64,000 nt of DNA from an uncultured Bacteroidota bacterium (GTDB lineage: Bacteria > CLD3 > SB21), in NCBI GenBank assembly GCA_964415295.1, contig CAYPYN010000002.1, positions 24,485-88,484 on the forward strand, written 5' to 3'. Position 1 is the stretch's first letter. Every line of letters begins with the position of its first letter. Below the pieces are notes generated by a model. That model was given only the letters and a program-made list of their open reading frames with translations. It was not told where the DNA came from and made no database searches. The translations under genes and the position numbers were made by a program. Positions 9,846-18,907 of this stretch are shown here, in pieces.

Positions 9846-11886
9846 TGATATGCTCGTCAATAAAGTATTCGAATTCGACCGAGGCGTTTATGTCGATGAA
9901 ATCATCGGAAGATACCTGCACAAAGCCATCCGTTCCCAAAAGTTTAACTCTGAGCCCTCGGTAAATATTGAATGATGGATCGAAGATACGCCGGTATTCC
10001 GATGAATCCAATTGGTAATTGATATCAACTTCTTCGGCCGCCGTCACGATACCGCCGGTATTGGTCACGCCTTTATTGATCAAGAGCGGCGTGTATGGAT
10101 ATTTGAATTTCACGGCCGATGTCGAATCATAAAAACGAATCTCCGCAGGAGGATCTACGCTGCTGCTGTCCATGAAGAACTGGACGGAGATTGGTACCGG
10201 AAAATGATTCCTGATTTTTCCGGAGATCGAAACGCTGCTGAGGCGGTCACGCAGACGTTGTTTTTGCTTGTCGCTCAAATCCACAAGGGACGGTTCAACC
10301 GTGACCGTATTACGCGTCGAATCGCTGGGAAGGCTGAAGACCAGAGGCGCGCGTAGATTAATCTTGGCATTGATAAAATCTTCGCGGTTAACCGAGCCCG
10401 AAGCCGCGTTATCGCCCACCAACACGATGCCGCTGACTATGATCGAATCAGGCACGAGGCTGAGCAAGTCCGCTACCTCCGAATAATTGGTTGTCAGCGT
10501 CGTATCCTTTCTCGACGGACCTGACGAATACGCCGGTATATTGGCGACAACATGGGTCGTTTTAATAGTATTGGGAAGGCGTTTCCCCGTGATGGTGATA
10601 TCGAGCGATATCGGGAACGGCACACGATGATCCGTGATGATCTCAAAGAACGCGCGTTTGATTGCCACGCTGTCGAGATGTTTGATATCTACCAATTGGC
10701 TGGTCGGTTTGATGTCTACCTGCTCTTGTGCCAACGTCGCATGCAGGCGCGAGAATTTCATCGTATCCAAAGCGGCTTTGACCTTGATGCCCTGACCATT
10801 GGAAATGGTAGCCGGCGTACCTCCGGCAGGAATAGAGTCCGTAGTAAAAGTATACTGGTAATTGATGTATTGATTGCCTATGGAAGCTTCATCCGGGATG
10901 ATCCTCCATTTATCCAACCGGATCACGACCGGCGCCGTAGTGTTCGTTATTCTTATCGACCGGTTGAGCGGGCTTCCGGCAGAATCGAAATCCGATGAAA
11001 AAAAGACGAGATTCGCATTTACGGGCAGAGTTTTTGTGAAATTGAGCGTGATCTTACCCGAACTAATGTATCCGGTGTCAATGACCGAATTGCTGGACGA
11101 TTTGACCGAATCAAAGCGGGAGATCGTCTGGGACGGAAACCGTCCGGTAATGCTCGAAGCTGTAACGTCGGCCACCAGTTTGACTGATAATAAACGCGTG
11201 CTGTCCACTAACACGCTGGTGCCCGATCCCGTGGAATGACCATAGACACGGACGGTTAACGGAGTCGTAACCGTCAAGGATGAAGCGAACGTAGTCAATC
11301 TTGTAAAAGAGCCATTCACAGCTGCATTGGCCACAAAGCTGTCGACCCGCGCACTATTTTGCGCAATAACAACGACCGTCAGAGAATCGAAACCGGCTTG
11401 CGTGTTATTGGTCAAAGTGGTTCTTAAGGTGGATCCGCTCAGGAAAGTGGCTGATGTAAATTTGCCGAAACTTACCGACCGGGTTCTCTGAGTAAAATTA
11501 AAGGCAGGGATGACAGCGTTGGTACCGGCCAGCGCATCAATGGAAGCAGGTCCGATCACTCCGAGCGAATACGTTGTCGTAGCGGAATCCTTCAGCCTCA
11601 GATCGTTAGAAATCAATCCGTCGGCGGAATCTACCGTAGGATCGGCGTCCAGATGATCCCCGACCTGTACACGTTCGTCATGTTTGATGGTTAAGAGTAC
11701 GGAGTCACCGACAATAGCCAGTTCCAGAGAATCCTTTTTGTTCTCCAAATCCTTTTTCAGCCGGTAAATGTCATAAAACTCATTGGTCAGAGGAACGGTA
11801 AGACGGGCGTTGACCGATGGCATCTGGGGCATTTCACAGCTTGCCAGAATCAAGGCCGCCGCGCCAACACATAATGACTTAAACAA
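9838..11886 (-). CDS. Hypothetical large lipoprotein, Ser/Thr-rich beta-rich
   Basis: Probable TTG start at 11886 preceded by GAGGA, giving signal peptide MFKSLCVGAAALILASC with lipobox LASC; stop overlaps the start of the downstream barrel gene by 8 bp. No recognised domain. Confidence 0.45.
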   Translation of the reverse strand: MFKSLCVGAAALILASCEMPQMPSVNARLTVPLTNEFYDIYRLKKDLENKKDSLELAIVGDSVLLTIKHDERVQVGDHLDADPTVDSADGLISNDLRLKDSATTTYSLGVIGPASIDALAGTNAVIPAFNFTQRTRSVSFGKFTSATFLSGSTLRTTLTNNTQAGFDSLTVVVIAQNSARVDSFVANAAVNGSFTRLTTFASSLTVTTPLTVRVYGHSTGSGTSVLVDSTRLLSVKLVADVTASSITGRFPSQTISRFDSVKSSSNSVIDTGYISSGKITLNFTKTLPVNANLVFFSSDFDSAGSPLNRSIRITNTTAPVVIRLDKWRIIPDEASIGNQYINYQYTFTTDSIPAGGTPATISNGQGIKVKAALDTMKFSRLHATLAQEQVDIKPTSQLVDIKHLDSVAIKRAFFEIITDHRVPFPISLDITITGKRLPNTIKTTHVVANIPAYSSGPSRKDTTLTTNYSEVADLLSLVPDSIIVSGIVLVGDNAASGSVNREDFINAKINLRAPLVFSLPSDSTRNTVTVEPSLVDLSDKQKQRLRDRLSSVSISGKIRNHFPVPISVQFFMDSSSVDPPAEIRFYDSTSAVKFKYPYTPLLINKGVTNTGGIVTAAEEVDINYQLDSSEYRRIFDPSFNIYRGLRVKLLGTDGFVQVSSDDFIDINASVEFEYFIDEHIND

Positions 11887-11991
11887 AGAATGTCCTCGAT
11901 GTTTTATATTGTGGAACTTTTTCCAAATGAATGCGGTAATGGTGTTAATGTATCCAAAAGGGTGCGGCAAGGCAAGAATATTATTTAGCCG

Positions 11992-13086
11992 TCAATTTAT
12001 GCGTTCCGCTGACCGCTGTTTCATATCCTCCAGAACGGACAAAAAGGCCTCAACCACGATAGGATTATACTTGGTACCGGCACAGCGAGAGAATTCATCC
12101 ATCACTTCGTCGATGGTCATAACTTTATTATAACCGCGCTGCGTGGTCATGGCGTCGTAGCTGTCGGCCACGGCAACGATACTGGCAAGAAAATCGATCT
12201 CATCGCCCTTAAGACCCTGCGGGTATCCTTTGCCGTCCCAACGCTCGTGATGCTGGTGGACCATGTTGACGATACCGGAAAGGAATTTCATAGGCTTGAG
12301 TATCTTATATCCGATCTCGGGATGTTTTTTCATTTCTTCCCACTCCGATTCGGTCAGACCGGTTACATTTTTAAGGCTGGAAATCTCCACAACCAGCTTC
12401 CCGATGTCGTGAAGCAGGGCCCCTTGTGCAAGGTTTTCCATCTGATCCATATCGAGCTGCAATTTCTCGCCAATTTTGAGGCAATACGACCGCACCCGCG
12501 CTGAATGGCCGGCGGTATAGGAATGTTTTTCTTCCACCGCTCGAACGAAGGATAAGATAATGCCGAGATACGCCTCACGCATCTCTTTGGACTGCTGTTC
12601 GATCTTCTGATTCTTTTCCTCCAGTTCCTCAATGTGTTTCTGGAGTTTGTTGACCAGTTTTGCGCTGTATTCCTTATAAAAAAGCTGTTCGTCCTCTTCT
12701 TCGACCTTTTCGCGCTTTCCGCGCAGATAACCTTCCACCTGTGCCGGAAATTCATCCACGTCGATCGGTTTCTTTATATAGCCGTCGCAGCCGGCCACCA
12801 GGGATCTTTCGCGATCGCCTTCCAATACGTTGGAAGTAAGAGCGATGATAGGTATGTGGCTGAGGCGCTGAATACTTTTGATGCGCGTGGTGGCGGCGTG
12901 GCCGTCCAGAAGTGGAAGATTGATATCCATGAGAATCAGGTCCGGCTCGACTTCCTCCGCCATCTTAACCCCGCTGATACCGTCGTTGGCTTCCACGAGT
13001 TGAAAACCGCGCGCCTCGAGCAGGCGCCTCACGAGCAGGCGGTTCATCTCATTATCTTCAACATATAGAATCGTCGGTTTTTTCAT
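11992..13086 (-). CDS. Response regulator with HD-GYP phosphodiesterase output domain
   Basis: N-terminal receiver domain (ILYVEDNEMNRLL...DLILMDINLP...K) and C-terminal HD-GYP motifs (HDIGK, HHERWDGKGYP); ATG preceded by AGGAGGG. Confidence 0.8.
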   Translation of the reverse strand: MKKPTILYVEDNEMNRLLVRRLLEARGFQLVEANDGISGVKMAEEVEPDLILMDINLPLLDGHAATTRIKSIQRLSHIPIIALTSNVLEGDRERSLVAGCDGYIKKPIDVDEFPAQVEGYLRGKREKVEEEDEQLFYKEYSAKLVNKLQKHIEELEEKNQKIEQQSKEMREAYLGIILSFVRAVEEKHSYTAGHSARVRSYCLKIGEKLQLDMDQMENLAQGALLHDIGKLVVEISSLKNVTGLTESEWEEMKKHPEIGYKILKPMKFLSGIVNMVHQHHERWDGKGYPQGLKGDEIDFLASIVAVADSYDAMTTQRGYNKVMTIDEVMDEFSRCAGTKYNPIVVEAFLSVLEDMKQRSAERIN

Positions 13087-13094
13087 ATTCCCTC

Positions 13095-14795
13095 CTACTC
13101 GCTCTTCGGTTCCGGCGGCCTGTGTTTGATCGGAATGATCATGGTAAACACGGAACCTTTGCCCAGCTTACTATCTACGCGGAGTTCACCGCCGTGCATC
13201 TCCACAAATCGTTTGGCAATGCTCAGACCCAAACCGGTACCGCCGGCTTTGCGGGTCGTGGAACCGTCGACCTGCCGGAATCTTTCAAATATCGCATCGA
13301 TATGATCCTTATCAATGCCGATACCGGTGTCCACCACACTGACCGCCACACGTGTCACGTCGGCGCGAAGCCGGATCGTGATGGATCCTTGCTCCGTGAA
13401 CTTTGCCGCGTTGGACACGAGGTTAAAAATGATCTGCCGAATCTTGGTGACATCGGCTTCAATGACGGGAATCGTGCCGTCGAATCGGCTTTCGATCTTG
13501 ACATTTTTTCCCATCACCAGCGTCTGACTGGCGGTGACGATCTCGTTGACAATAGGAACCAGATCGAAAGTCGTGATATGAAGTTCCATTTTGCCCGCTT
13601 CGATCTTGGATAATTCGAGTATGCTGTTGATGATCTCCAGAAGGTGACGGCCGCTGTTGTAAATGGCCGAGAGATCGACGCGTTGGGTATCCGTGATCTC
13701 TCCATCGATCCCGCTCATGAGCACTTTTGAGAAGCCGATGATCGAGTTGAGCGGCGTCCTCAGTTCGTGACTCACATTGGCTATGAATTCTGACTTGAGA
13801 CGGTCCGCCTCCTGTGCTTTTTTGACCGCCTCACGCAGAGCCACGTTACTTTTGCGAAGCTCTTCCGTACGTTCGGCGATCTTTTCTTCAAGTTCCTTGT
13901 TGCTGCGCTCAAGTTCCGACGTCAGGGCCTGCAGCTGCAGATAGGCCGCACCGAGCTGTTCCGTCAGGATCTTGTGCTGATCCATGACCTCTTTTTCCTT
14001 TTGCGGATCGAGCGTTACATTCTTCTTGGTGATATTGACCAGTTCCCCCAGCAGCTGCTGTTCGAACAATGTCTCATCCATCACCGCAATATGTTCCTGC
14101 TTGTGGATCACCTGCGTCTGATGAAGCCGGTCCTTCAGTTCTTTGACATCCCGCTCGAAGGCTCTCAGCCGTTCCGTTCTGTTCCTGACAAGCCCAAGCA
14201 CATAAAACACGGTCTCACGGATCTTAGTGACCGGTTCTTTGGTGGCCATTTGAAATACCTGGCAATCGTAGCAGGAAGGAATTCCGAGATGAGTTCGGCA
14301 GCCGCAGTTTTCACCCGCAACAAACCAGCACCGCGGATTAACCGCTTGGTAAGCGATACAGGCATGATCCGGACATTCGCGAACATTGAAACATTGATTG
14401 GCCACTTCCTGATTACGGCCGACGATGAGTTTCTGATTTTCGATCTGATGCGCGAGATCGGTCAATTCGTCTGAAACGTTGCGCATAAAATTGACCGAAT
14501 ACGCCTGGATAACCTCAGGAACAAGTTTCGGATTGGTTCCGGCCTCCTCCAACAGACGTTCGCGCTCCTGTTCGAAGGATTTTTTTTGCTTTCTGAAGGT
14601 AGTCTCTTTATTGACGTCTTCGATCAGCGACATGGTGTCGAGAAAGAGTCCGTCCATAGAAAAGTCTTCGATACTGGGTTTTTGCTTTTTGGTGACTTTT
14701 TTGGTGGTCAGTTCATACTCAACGATCTCCACTTCCTGCGAGAAGGAACCGTTGGTTTGATCCGTTGTGTTAGATGTTTTTTCCGTGTCAGCCAT
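13095..14795 (-). CDS. Sensor histidine kinase with Cys-rich N-terminal module, no predicted TM segments
   Basis: HisKA (SHELRTPLNSI) and HATPase_c (GGTGLGLSI) motifs; coiled-coil linker; N-terminal region has eight Cys in about 50 aa (CFNVRECPDHACIAYQAVNPRCWFVAGENCGCRTHLGIPSCYDCQ). Start set to the ATG at 14795; the ORF-track start at 14810 is TTG. Confidence 0.75.
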   Translation of the reverse strand: MADTEKTSNTTDQTNGSFSQEVEIVEYELTTKKVTKKQKPSIEDFSMDGLFLDTMSLIEDVNKETTFRKQKKSFEQERERLLEEAGTNPKLVPEVIQAYSVNFMRNVSDELTDLAHQIENQKLIVGRNQEVANQCFNVRECPDHACIAYQAVNPRCWFVAGENCGCRTHLGIPSCYDCQVFQMATKEPVTKIRETVFYVLGLVRNRTERLRAFERDVKELKDRLHQTQVIHKQEHIAVMDETLFEQQLLGELVNITKKNVTLDPQKEKEVMDQHKILTEQLGAAYLQLQALTSELERSNKELEEKIAERTEELRKSNVALREAVKKAQEADRLKSEFIANVSHELRTPLNSIIGFSKVLMSGIDGEITDTQRVDLSAIYNSGRHLLEIINSILELSKIEAGKMELHITTFDLVPIVNEIVTASQTLVMGKNVKIESRFDGTIPVIEADVTKIRQIIFNLVSNAAKFTEQGSITIRLRADVTRVAVSVVDTGIGIDKDHIDAIFERFRQVDGSTTRKAGGTGLGLSIAKRFVEMHGGELRVDSKLGKGSVFTMIIPIKHRPPEPKSE

Positions 14796-14806
14796 AAACT
14801 GTCCCG

Positions 14807-15739
14807 TCAATCCTTTGCGTGGCCGTGGATGACATTCAGAACCGATGGAATCATTTTGAGTTTGATCTCATGCGCATCAAGGGACACCACTTCTCCGTCC
14901 GCATGAATCGGCAGGGCTTCATCGGACCGGATGTGTACCTCCACCGAGCGGCGAAGTTCGACTCCCGGAATGTTCAAATGCGTACCCTTCATGACCTTGA
15001 GCAGACTTGCCAGCATTCTTCTCTTCCCCATGGCGTCGATGGAGCACACGTCAAAAAGACCATCGTCCACCCTGGCATCGGGCGTAATGTAAAACCCTCC
15101 GCCGGAACAGCGGCCGTTGCCGATCGTGAGCATAAGGATCTGCCGGCTGAATTTCTCTCCATTGACAGTCACATGCATGAAGGGCGGTTTGTATTTAAAA
15201 ATGGATTTGATGACGGCCGTCAGATAGATCGCCACGCCGCGCAGATGTTTGATCTTAATGCTTTCATAGTTCACATACGCATCAAAACCGATCCCGATAT
15301 TATTATTGAAGAATCTGGTATGGTTGCCGTCGACGCTGATCTGGCCGACATCTACCGGCATGGTTTTCATTTGCTGAAGTATGTGTAGGGCTTTATGGAG
15401 GTGAACAGGCACGTTGAGCATTTTGACAAAATCGTTTCCCGATCCAATCGGCAATACGCCCAGTGCGGCCATACGCTCGTTGCTGCCGTTCTTCATCCGC
15501 GCCTGCATCATGCCGTTGATCACTTCATGTACCGTGCCGTCCCCGCCTGCCGCGACAATCACGTCATGATCAAAGGTTCGCTCAACCACGTATGGCAAAG
15601 CCTCGCTGGATTGCGTGGTGACCAGCACGTCGTATTCAATCTTTTGCCGGTCCAGCCAGTGGCGGATCTCGGGTTCGCATTTGGCGCCTTCACCGCGATT
15701 GGAAGCAGGATTGATCACGACAAACCATTTTCGGCTCAT
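14807..15739 (-). CDS. Diacylglycerol/lipid kinase family protein (YegS-like)
   Basis: DAGK catalytic-domain motifs (VIVAAGGDGTVHEV, LPIGSGNDF); first gene of an apparent kinase / HK / RR operon. Confidence 0.65.
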   Translation of the reverse strand: MSRKWFVVINPASNRGEGAKCEPEIRHWLDRQKIEYDVLVTTQSSEALPYVVERTFDHDVIVAAGGDGTVHEVINGMMQARMKNGSNERMAALGVLPIGSGNDFVKMLNVPVHLHKALHILQQMKTMPVDVGQISVDGNHTRFFNNNIGIGFDAYVNYESIKIKHLRGVAIYLTAVIKSIFKYKPPFMHVTVNGEKFSRQILMLTIGNGRCSGGGFYITPDARVDDGLFDVCSIDAMGKRRMLASLLKVMKGTHLNIPGVELRRSVEVHIRSDEALPIHADGEVVSLDAHEIKLKMIPSVLNVIHGHAKD

Positions 15740-15765
15740 GGGACGTTCCGTTCTTTTTCAGAATA

Positions 15766-16152
15766 TTATTCGACTAAAGCAATGCAGTCGATCTCAACCA
15801 GGACATCTTTGGGGAGACGGGCGACTTCTACCGTAGAACGGGCCGGTGCACTTTCCGAGAGGAATTCCGCATACACTTCATTCATGGCCGTAAAGTCGCC
15901 GATATTCTTCAGGTAAACCGTCGTCTTAATGACATTTCTTAGACTCGTACCGCCGGCCTGTAAAATGGCCTGCATATTCTGTAAAACCAAGCGTGTCTGT
16001 CCTTTGATATCCAATGGCGCGATCTGATTTGTATTCGGATCGATGGCGATCTGACCGGAAGTAAATATCATTTTTCCGGAAGCCACGATACCTTGATTGT
16101 ACGGCCCAATAGGAGCGGGCGCCTTCTCCGTTTTAACAATTTGTCTGATCAT
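15766..16152 (-). CDS. ridA: RidA/YjgF family reactive-intermediate deaminase
   Basis: 128-aa product with YjgF/RidA pattern (APAPIGPYNQG..., ...ARSTVEVARLP). Confidence 0.75.
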   Translation of the reverse strand: MIRQIVKTEKAPAPIGPYNQGIVASGKMIFTSGQIAIDPNTNQIAPLDIKGQTRLVLQNMQAILQAGGTSLRNVIKTTVYLKNIGDFTAMNEVYAEFLSESAPARSTVEVARLPKDVLVEIDCIALVE

Positions 16153-16244
16153 GACAAGACCTTCTCCTGAAATGAATTGTAATGGCTTTAACCTCTGTCA
16201 CTATCTATTGTCACCTGTCACAAACGATCACAGATAAGTAGATT

Positions 16245-16454
16245 CTACTTAATATCCTTGAAATTTGCGTCCTGAACATCTTCACTCTTGTAAGAAGCAT
16301 TCCTTACTTCCTTGGACGGATCGGGGCTTTGTCCTGACCTTCCGCCCGTTTGCCGGTAACGGTTAGCCTCGGTCAGGTGAGAAATATAGCGAATCGCCTT
16401 CCACACGGCAAAAAATAAGATACCCAAAAGCACAAAACGGATAATAGAAAACAT
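16245..16454 (-). CDS. Hypothetical small membrane protein
   Basis: 69-aa ORF with one hydrophobic helix (IIRFVLLGILFFAVW) and a charged tail; no recognised family. Confidence 0.3.
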   Translation of the reverse strand: MFSIIRFVLLGILFFAVWKAIRYISHLTEANRYRQTGGRSGQSPDPSKEVRNASYKSEDVQDANFKDIK

Positions 16455-16499
16455 TCAACAACCTTTCTTGATTCATGCCAAATTAATTACTGCTTTGTA

Positions 16500-17510
16500 T
16501 CAGAACTGTTTCAGAAAACGTACATCGTTTTCAAGAAACAATCTCAGATCGTTCACATCGTACGCCAGCATTGCTATCCGTTCCACGCCCATACCGAAGG
16601 CATAACCGCTATAACGTCCCTTTTCATAACCGGCGTATTCATATAATTTCGGATTGACCATGCCCGATCCCATGATCTCGATCCAGCCGGAATTCTTGCA
16701 CACACGGCATCCTTTTCCTTTGCAAAAGATACAACTCATATCGACTTCCGCGCTGGGTTCTGTAAAGGAAAAAAAAGACGGACGGAACCGTGTGCCGATC
16801 TCTTTGCCGAACATGCGGTGTACAAAGGTTCCGATCGTACCTTTCAAATCGGCAAACGTCACATGTTCATCGACCACCAAACCTTCGACCTGATTGAACA
16901 CAGGCAGATGTGTGGCATCCGGCGTATCCTTGCGGTATACGCGTCCGGGACAAATGATACGGATCGGCGGTTTGTGTTTTTCCATCATACGCGCCTGCAC
17001 GGGTGTCGTGTGCGTTCGCAAAACCACATTATCACTAATAAAGAACGTGTCCTGCATATCGCGCGCCGGATGATCTTTCGGGATATTCACGGCTTCAAAA
17101 TTGTAATAGTCCAGTTCCACTTCCGGACCATCGGCTACCGAAAAACCCATGCCGTAGAAAATGGATTTGATCTCATCCAGAACCTGTGTCAAAGGATGCG
17201 TGTGTCCGGTGAATCTCTTCCGTGCCGGGAGCGTGTGGTCAAAATGGTCCTGACGGGCGTCTTCCGCTTTGATCAATTCTTCCTTAATCTCGTGTAATCG
17301 ATTCTCAATAAACGTTTTCACTTCGTTGAGAACTTTACCGAATTGAGGCTTTTGATCCTTCGGCAGGTCTTTCAGACGAATGGTCGCTTCGGTGACCAGA
17401 CCTTTGCGGCCGACGTATTTTGTATGAACGGACTCCCATTCCGGACGGCTCAGCTTTTTCCCGTCTATTTCAGAGATGAATTGTTCTTTGATCTTTTCCA
17501 GTTCAAGCAT
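16500..17510 (-). CDS. pheS: Phenylalanine--tRNA ligase alpha subunit
   Basis: Class II aaRS motifs of PheS (HPLTQVLDEI, DHPARDMQDTFF, GMGFS...); last gene of the thrS-infC-rpmI-rplT-pheS block. Confidence 0.9.
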   Translation of the reverse strand: MLELEKIKEQFISEIDGKKLSRPEWESVHTKYVGRKGLVTEATIRLKDLPKDQKPQFGKVLNEVKTFIENRLHEIKEELIKAEDARQDHFDHTLPARKRFTGHTHPLTQVLDEIKSIFYGMGFSVADGPEVELDYYNFEAVNIPKDHPARDMQDTFFISDNVVLRTHTTPVQARMMEKHKPPIRIICPGRVYRKDTPDATHLPVFNQVEGLVVDEHVTFADLKGTIGTFVHRMFGKEIGTRFRPSFFSFTEPSAEVDMSCIFCKGKGCRVCKNSGWIEIMGSGMVNPKLYEYAGYEKGRYSGYAFGMGVERIAMLAYDVNDLRLFLENDVRFLKQF

Positions 17511-17570
17511 AGCGCTTACTCAATCTAAAATACACTATTGGTGTCAGCTGTTTAACTTATTGATTAATAT

Positions 17571-17618
17571 ACAAAAAAATAAGAGCATTTAGCAATATGG
17601 AAATCGCTAAATGCTCTT
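17571..17618 (-). terminator. Intergenic terminator between rplT and pheS
   Basis: On the minus strand, 13-bp stem AAGAGCATTTAGC / GCTAAATGCTCTT with 12-nt loop followed by ATTTTTTTGTAT. Confidence 0.7.
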
Positions 17619-17645
17619 CAAAACAGGCATTTTCGGCGGCTTGGC

Positions 17646-17996
17646 TTACGCCTGCTTGGCCGTTTCGATCAGTTTGTTAAATGCCGCGGCATCGTTCATC
17701 GCAATATCCGCGAGAACTTTTCGATTGATGTCGATGTTATGTTTTTTCAGCGAGCTGATGAACTTAGAATAGCTCATTCCGTGGGCGCGGACGGCGGCGT
17801 TGATACGCACGATCCAGAGAGAGCGAAAGTTACGTTTCTTCAGTTTGCGGTCGCGTGTCGCATAGGTCATACCCTTCTCGACGGTCTCGATCGCCGTGCG
17901 CAGCACATTTTTGCGGTTTCCCCAGTTACCCTTCGCCTGATTGAATATCTTCTTGCGGCGGGCCTTGGATGCCGGGTTATTGGTTGAACGTGGCAT
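17646..17996 (-). CDS. rplT: 50S ribosomal protein L20
   Basis: 116-aa basic protein with the L20 N-terminal pattern (MPRSTNNPASKARRKKIF...). Confidence 0.9.
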   Translation of the reverse strand: MPRSTNNPASKARRKKIFNQAKGNWGNRKNVLRTAIETVEKGMTYATRDRKLKKRNFRSLWIVRINAAVRAHGMSYSKFISSLKKHNIDINRKVLADIAMNDAAAFNKLIETAKQA

Positions 17997-18037
17997 GGTT
18001 TTCTCCTAATAAATGATTAAAAATTTTCAAAGATCGG

Positions 18038-18235
18038 TTACTTCTTACCCAGCATGGTCAAAACGCGGTTCACATCGGTATCGTCCACAAGGTGTTTCCC
18101 GCCCAGATCGCGTTTGCGGCGATTGGACTTGCTGCTTAAAAGATGGCGCGCGGTCGATTTTTTGCGCATAAGTTTGCCTTTACCCGTTTGCTGAAATCGT
18201 TTTTTGGCGCCGCTGTTGGTTTTTACTTTCGGCAT
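18038..18235 (-). CDS. rpmI: 50S ribosomal protein L35
   Basis: 65-aa product MPKVKTNSGAKKRF... typical of L35. Confidence 0.9.
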   Translation of the reverse strand: MPKVKTNSGAKKRFQQTGKGKLMRKKSTARHLLSSKSNRRKRDLGGKHLVDDTDVNRVLTMLGKK

Positions 18236-18339
18236 ATTTTATTCTCCTTTTAGTTAATTTTCTTTCGTTGGCAACTATCTGAACCAAAGTCATCAAGACA
18301 CAAAGTTTTTCTCTTTAATATGTCTGAAGACGTTGTTAT

Positions 18340-18831
18340 TTATTTTTTGACAAAAACCATTACCATGTTGCGTCCTTCAAATTTCATCTGGTCGTCGAGC
18401 TTACCGACGTTCTCCAATTCCTTAACCATGCGTTCCGCCAGTTCGATACCGAACTCTTTATTGGCTATCTCACGGCCTTTGTAGACGATGACCAATTTGA
18501 CCTTGTATCCATCCTTAAGGAAATTGACGGCGTGTTTCATCTTGAACTGGTAGTCGTGTTCGTCGGTCGCCGGACGAAAACGGAGTTCTTTTACCTCGCC
18601 CTGGTGCGTATGTTTCTTCCGCGCATCCTTTTCCCTTTTCTGGATCTCATAGCGGTACTTGCCATAGTCGATGATCTTACAGACCGGCGGCTCCGCGTTG
18701 GGAACGATCTCCAACAGGTCAAGGTTTTCTTCGCGTGCGCGGCGCAGCGCATCGGGCGTATCTACGATGCCCACCTGCTCGCCGTTGGATCCGATGAGGC
18801 GGACTTTTGCCACACGGATATGCTCGTTCAT
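18340..18831 (-). CDS. infC: Translation initiation factor IF-3
   Basis: IF-3 N- and C-domain pattern (IRVAKVRLIGSNGEQVGIV..., ...MVFVKK). The ORF-track start is the ATG at 18831, but an in-frame ATC at 18855 with AAGGAGAG 5-7 nt upstream is a candidate non-AUG start. Confidence 0.85.
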   Translation of the reverse strand: MNEHIRVAKVRLIGSNGEQVGIVDTPDALRRAREENLDLLEIVPNAEPPVCKIIDYGKYRYEIQKREKDARKKHTHQGEVKELRFRPATDEHDYQFKMKHAVNFLKDGYKVKLVIVYKGREIANKEFGIELAERMVKELENVGKLDDQMKFEGRNMVMVFVKK

Positions 18832-18907
18832 CCTGATCTTATCTTCTTTACTGATGGCGTCTCTCCTTCTTAATAATGAGTAATGAACAATGAATAAAAT
18901 TAGATAA

